Assembly (NCBI RefSeq): GCF_042660085.1
Contig: NZ_JBHSTI010000002.1
Location: 30,001-62,000, forward strand
Source of the DNA: Longivirga aurantiaca
GTDB taxonomy: Bacteria > Actinomycetota > Actinomycetes > S36-B12 > CAIYMF01
Length of the DNA: 32,000 bases
Direction: 5' to 3'
Made by a program: the position numbers and the translations under genes. The notes beneath the pieces are model-generated. The model was not told the DNA's origin, made no database searches, and saw only the letters and a program-made list of their open reading frames with translations. Positions 27,843 to 32,000 of this stretch are shown here, piece after piece; within the stretch, counting starts at the first letter, position 1, and each line of letters opens with the position of its first letter.

Positions 27843-29423
27843 ATGACTGACCCGCTCGAAGTCCACGCCGGTGCCGTCGTGGTCGAGAACGGGCGGATCG
27901 TGTCGGTTGTTCGAGACCGGAGTCAGATCCCCGAGGGGCTGCGCGTCTTCGACGTGGGTGATCGGCCCGTGCTCCCCGGCTTCGTTGATCCGCACGTGCA
28001 CGTCGAGATGTCGGCCACAGCGATCTTCGGCGCGGTTGACTGCCGCACCCCACCTTGCGCGTCTGTCGGCGACGTCCTCGACCAGCTGAGAAAGAACCAG
28101 GCGTTGCGCGAAGCACGTGGCGGATGGCTGATCGGCCAGGGGGTTCTCTACGCCTCCCGTCGCTTCGACGAGCGACGACTACCCACGATGACCGAGCTGG
28201 ATTCGATCTCCGCGCAGTTCCCCATTGCTCTTCGGTTCGGCGCTCACGTCACTGTTGTCAACTCGCGGGGCATGGAGCTGGCGATGGAGGCTGGTCTCCC
28301 GGTGACCGGTGACGCCCACGTGTGCCTCGATTCCAGCGGCAAGGCCACCGGCGAACTGCATGAGCTCTTCTACGCCCTCCCGATCCCCTCCCTCACCGAC
28401 GAGCAGTTGCGTGAGTCCGTCGCGGCAGTGGCACGAGAGCGGCTCACTGCCCACGGCGTGACCGCCATCGGTGAGATCACGAATACCGCTCGAGGCATGC
28501 GCATCATGAGCGATCTCGCAGGATCCGCCGATCTCCCTCAATCGGTTCAGGCGTACGTGTGGACCCCCGGCACCATGGACCTGTCGAATCTGCTCGCACC
28601 GGGGTTCCGTGAGTCCTACGACGGATCCGACTACCGCGTCGCCGGCATGAAGGTCTTCGTGGATGGGGGGTACTCGGCGCACGGCGCTGCCCTGTTGACG
28701 TCCTACGTGGGCAGCTCGTCCACCGGCCGTATGGGCTTCAGCGAAGCCCAGATGACGGAGCTGGTGAGTCGTGCGGATGCTGCTGGTCTCCAGATTGCCG
28801 CGCACGTCAACGGTGAGCGGGCGCAGCGCCTTGTGTGTGACTCGGTGGTTGCAGCGAGAGGCGGTGGGGCCGGCATTCCCGTGCGGCTCGAACACGCGGG
28901 CAACGTACTCACGGATCCCGAGACGGCGGAGTACTGGGCGCGAGCCGGCGCGGTCCCCATTGTGCAAGCGGGCTTCATCTGGTCGATGGGCTCGTTCATC
29001 GCGGAGTCCATCGGTGCTGAGTTCGGTCCGCGCCTCTTCCCCTTCCGCGAGTTGATCGACGCCGGGTGGCGGCTGGCGGGGAGCTCCGACGTCGCCGGCT
29101 CGGATATCCGGCTGTTCAACCCGATGGCCAACGTGATGTGCGCGACTCAGCGCGTCACGTGTGTGGGCGATCACCTCGCGCCCGAGCAGGAGGTGTCCGT
29201 GATGGAGGCGCTTGCCATGCACACGGTCTGGGCGGCGGAAGGCCTGGGAGTCGCGCATCGGATGGGTTCGTTGGCAGCAGGGCGCGAGGCGAACGTCGTC
29301 GTACTCGACCGTGACCCACGAGTGACGGATGGTGCTCTCCTCGGGGACATCGTGCCGTCAGCCGTACTCCAGCGGGGTTCCCTGGTGCACGGAAGCTTGG
29401 GCGAGTTGCCTGCGCAGCCGTAG
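27843..29423 (+). CDS. Metal-dependent amidohydrolase (Amidohydro_3 / YtcJ-like)
   Basis: 526 aa from ATG 27843 (MTDPLEVHAG...). PGFVDPHVHV metal-binding motif; C-terminus ...ANVVVLDRDP... typical of the family. The track ORF begins at 27792. Confidence 0.88.
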   Translation: MTDPLEVHAGAVVVENGRIVSVVRDRSQIPEGLRVFDVGDRPVLPGFVDPHVHVEMSATAIFGAVDCRTPPCASVGDVLDQLRKNQALREARGGWLIGQGVLYASRRFDERRLPTMTELDSISAQFPIALRFGAHVTVVNSRGMELAMEAGLPVTGDAHVCLDSSGKATGELHELFYALPIPSLTDEQLRESVAAVARERLTAHGVTAIGEITNTARGMRIMSDLAGSADLPQSVQAYVWTPGTMDLSNLLAPGFRESYDGSDYRVAGMKVFVDGGYSAHGAALLTSYVGSSSTGRMGFSEAQMTELVSRADAAGLQIAAHVNGERAQRLVCDSVVAARGGGAGIPVRLEHAGNVLTDPETAEYWARAGAVPIVQAGFIWSMGSFIAESIGAEFGPRLFPFRELIDAGWRLAGSSDVAGSDIRLFNPMANVMCATQRVTCVGDHLAPEQEVSVMEALAMHTVWAAEGLGVAHRMGSLAAGREANVVVLDRDPRVTDGALLGDIVPSAVLQRGSLVHGSLGELPAQP

Positions 29424-29429
29424 GCCCGC

Positions 29430-29628
29430 CAGCCCATGCCGCCTCGACGGTGACCGGCGTCCGGTTCCAGGCCGCCTGGGGTCGGCTCGAGCGTTGCGAT
29501 GCCTGGCGGGACAGACCCAGCTCCTGGGCGACATGTGACACCGGCTGCCCCTCGAACCGGATCCGCTGAACTCGCCGGCAACGGCCGTGGAACGTCAACC
29601 GGGTGTTGGCGTGGACCATCAGGGCCAC
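29430..29628 (-). mobile_element. IS481-family transposase N-terminal remnant (non-functional)
   Basis: MALMVHANTRLTFHGRCRRVQRIRFEGQPVSHVAQELGLSRQASQR-SSRPQAAWNRTPVTVEAA resembles the IS481 HTH N-terminus (VH.N..LT..GR...V......V.....GVSR....W...[deleted]..SSRP..SPRRTP..VE). The DDE catalytic domain is absent. The rest of the 157-aa track ORF merely overlaps the amidohydrolase gene. Confidence 0.55.
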
Positions 29629-29735
29629 CGTGCAGTGCGTGCCCTAGCCGTCAGCCACTGCATCGGAGGTCTTCGTTCTGATCGGGCGCTACGCCGTCAC
29701 CAACCTGGTGGCCGGTCATGCCCAGGGCCGTCGCA

Positions 29736-30521
29736 CTACATCGAGAAGCGCCCCAGCTGCTGCGCAGTGGACTTCAGTTCCTCCACGACGGACGGGATAT
29801 CGGCTTGGTCGTAACGGGAGAGCGGCATTGAGACGCATACCGACGCGACCGGCTCGTGCTCGTTGGTTGCAGACCAGACAGGAACGGCGAGAGCACCGAT
29901 ACCGTCATCGCTCTGGCCGTAGTTCGTGGCATAGCCAGTCTTGCGAACAGCCGCGAGTTCGCCGATGAGGGTGTCGAAATCGGCCGCGGAGAGCCTGGCC
30001 GCGTCCGTGCGGCCAGCAGGCTGATACATCGCAGACACGGTGTCGGCGGGAAGAAAGGCCAAGATGGCCTTGCCGCCCGCGGTGATGTGGGCCGGGTAGT
30101 TGGCGCCCCTGAGGGTGCCAACCCGGAGGGCGCGTTGGACCTCGACACTCTCCACGAATGTCAGCGTCATGCCCCGTAGCACGCCCACGGCAACCGTTTC
30201 GTCGAGTTTCGCTGCCAAGGCCGCTAGATGCGGTCGCGCCCAGAGCCGCATATCGGAAAGATCGAGCAGGGAGACCCCGAGGTCGACCAAGGCCTCGCCA
30301 GGGCCGTAGGCCTTGCTCTCGACGTTCTGCGCGACGAACTTGTGGTGCTGCAGCATGGCAAGGAGCCGGTGGGCGGTGGACGGCGCTACGTCCAAGTACT
30401 TGGCGACTTGAGACACGCGCACGGTGCGCTCTGTCCGGAACATCAGCAGCAGCCGAAGCGCGTTGTCCACCGACTCGATCCGGTACTGCGGGCCCGCGTT
30501 GTCGCCCCTGGGTTCCACCAC
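29736..30521 (-). CDS. IclR family transcriptional regulator
   Basis: 261 aa. N-terminal wHTH SVDNALRLLLMF...VRVSQVAKYLDVAPSTAHRLLAML and a C-terminal effector-binding domain of IclR length. Confidence 0.9.
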   Translation of the reverse strand: MVEPRGDNAGPQYRIESVDNALRLLLMFRTERTVRVSQVAKYLDVAPSTAHRLLAMLQHHKFVAQNVESKAYGPGEALVDLGVSLLDLSDMRLWARPHLAALAAKLDETVAVGVLRGMTLTFVESVEVQRALRVGTLRGANYPAHITAGGKAILAFLPADTVSAMYQPAGRTDAARLSAADFDTLIGELAAVRKTGYATNYGQSDDGIGALAVPVWSATNEHEPVASVCVSMPLSRYDQADIPSVVEELKSTAQQLGRFSM

Positions 30522-30584
30522 TTCTAGGCCCCCGTCCCTGTCGGCGCAGCCCCGTGGAGTGTGTCCGGGGCAGCACCGCGCCTT

Positions 30585-30600
30585 TTCTGCACGCTAGAAC
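30585..30600. promoter_or_regulatory. Candidate operator Z: TTCTGcacgctAGAAC
   Basis: Same TTCTG-N6-AGAAC arrangement as operator X. Lies 64-79 nt upstream of the IclR start. A related CAGAggTTCTG (site W) at 30763-30773 lies ~115 nt upstream of the SBP gene. Confidence 0.4.
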
Positions 30601-30884
30601 AATAGGGCACCTCGACGGGTCGAATGAGGAGCGCTGGGTTCGGAAGCGGAGTGCTGCCCGGATGGCGGCGATCCATCCGAGGGCCCGCCGCCAACATCGT
30701 TATGCGTCCGTTAACTAATATGTTACCGATCACATCTACATTGCACCCAGAGCCGTCCGCGGCAGAGGTTCTGGTCCCACATGGAGGCCCCGGCGACCGA
30801 TCGGCCGGAGCCTGTTCGAGCAGTGATCCACGTGGCGTGCGGTCTCCACCGCGCTCCTTACCCCTCTCAAGGAGTACTAGCAGG

Positions 30885-32000
30885 ATGCGAAACCCAGTTG
30901 GAAAGGCCCTGGCGGCGTGGGTCGTCGTTGCCAGCGTTCTGACGCTGTCTGCATGCGGTAGCAACGCTGCCAACAACTCGTCGTCCAGCAGCGCTGCGCC
31001 GAGTACGTCCGATTCGGCAACCGCCTCCGTGTCGTCTGACTGCCAGGTGGTGTTCGGGACGAACACCGAGCTGTCGGGCGACTACCAGGTCTACGGCGTG
31101 CCAGCCGCGCAAGGACTCGACGAGGCGGCCAAGGACATCAACGCCGCCGGTGGTGTCAAGGTCGGCGATCAGACCTGCGAGTTCGTCGCGGTCAACGTCG
31201 ACAACAAGTCGGATCCGGCCGAGGTCCTGACCGCGTCCCAGAAGGTCGTGGATGCCAAGGCGCTCGCTGCGCTCGGCCCGGACTTCAGCGGTGACGTGGC
31301 CTACGAGACGTGGAAGAAGGCCGGCATCATCGACTGGGTCACGAGCTCGGACATGATCGAGCGGCTGCGAACCGATCCCGAGAACAGCCCGCTCATGCTG
31401 TCGCTGCTGGCCTTCCAGGACCTGCAGCACATCGCCTACATGGCGCAGGCCAAGGCAAGTGCGCCGGACATCAAGACGGTCGCGATGCTGCTGCCCAACG
31501 GCGCGGTCACGGATGCGTGGGTCGACGACTACACCAAGGGTGCCGAGGCGAACGGCATGCAGGTGGTCAACACCACCCTCTTCCCGCCGGATACCCAGGA
31601 CTACTCGACCTTCCTGACCAAGGTGGCGGCGTCCAAGCCTGACCTGCTGATCGTCGGCACCTCCGCGGAGCAGTCGACCGGCATCATGTCGCAGGCTGTT
31701 CCGATGAACGTGGCGAAGTACTACATGAGCGAGACGGCCTCGGCGGAGTCGGTTGAAGCGCTCCCCGAGCTGGCGAGCGCCACCGTCTTCCTCCCGGCCT
31801 TCGCTCCGACGTTCTCGGCGTCAGCAACCCTGCCGACCGACGACGTGACGGCCATCTTCCCCGACGGGAAGGCACCCCTCGTGGCAGCCGCAGCCATCGT
31901 GCTCTACTACGCGGCCTGGCTGACCAAGCAGGCCGTTGAGACGGCCGGCAGCACGGACCCGCAGGCCGTCATGGATGCCCTCGTGGGCTCCAGCTACGAC
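30885..32000 (+). CDS. ABC transporter substrate-binding lipoprotein (LivK / amide-urea type, Peripla_BP_6-like), 3'-truncated by the window end
   Basis: Not in the ORF track because it has no stop. I translated it by hand: 372 codons with no stop. MRNPVGKALAAWVVVASVLTLSACGS... has lipobox LSAC; ...GTNTELSGDYQVYGVPAAQGLDEAAKDINAAGGVKV... AAGGAG Shine-Dalgarno sequence 10 nt upstream. Confidence 0.8.
   Translation, partial: MRNPVGKALAAWVVVASVLTLSACGSNAANNSSSSSAAPSTSDSATASVSSDCQVVFGTNTELSGDYQVYGVPAAQGLDEAAKDINAAGGVKVGDQTCEFVAVNVDNKSDPAEVLTASQKVVDAKALAALGPDFSGDVAYETWKKAGIIDWVTSSDMIERLRTDPENSPLMLSLLAFQDLQHIAYMAQAKASAPDIKTVAMLLPNGAVTDAWVDDYTKGAEANGMQVVNTTLFPPDTQDYSTFLTKVAASKPDLLIVGTSAEQSTGIMSQAVPMNVAKYYMSETASAESVEALPELASATVFLPAFAPTFSASATLPTDDVTAIFPDGKAPLVAAAAIVLYYAAWLTKQAVETAGSTDPQAVMDALVGSSYD

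Noticed and set aside
29155-29628. 157-aa minus-strand ORF read as an intact gene
   Set aside because: Only the first ~65 codons resemble an IS481 transposase N-terminus. The remainder overlaps the amidohydrolase 3' end antisense and looks like noise.

Overview
High-GC (roughly 70% or more) actinobacterial chromosomal DNA. Positions 1 to ~23,000 are conserved housekeeping genes. In order: two tandem DedA membrane proteins, a TrmH/SpoU-type RNA methyltransferase, a DUF2568-like membrane protein, an MFS transporter, fbaA, a DUF559 protein, a Cys-containing membrane protein, DUF3151, a renalase-like FAD oxidoreductase, purA, two GNATs, a class-III aminotransferase, purD, purB, an acyl-CoA dehydrogenase / TetR / HMG-CoA lyase group, purC and galE. 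Many of these genes appear leaderless, with a TAGGNT -10 box 6-7 nt before the start codon. From ~23,000 to the window end the DNA looks lower in GC and accessory. It holds a decayed NarL-type response regulator, a luciferase-like monooxygenase fused to an alpha/beta-hydrolase domain that lacks the nucleophile Ser, a flavin reductase, an amidase-signature amidase, an Amidohydro_3 hydrolase, an IS481 transposase remnant, an IclR regulator and a LivK-type ABC substrate-binding lipoprotein that runs off the window. Main leads: (1) a GTTCT/AGAAC palindromic motif shared by all three regulatory gaps of the island, probably the operator of one regulon; (2) the monooxygenase::pseudo-hydrolase fusion; (3) a small ORF overlapping the amidase start that recalls AtzG/GatC-type partner subunits; (4) two copies of a 57-nt hairpin element bracketing the DUF559 gene; (5) four TTTCGRT motifs spaced exactly 22 bp apart upstream of galE. 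No rRNA, tRNA or CRISPR array was seen. All family names come from reading the translations by eye; no database search was possible.
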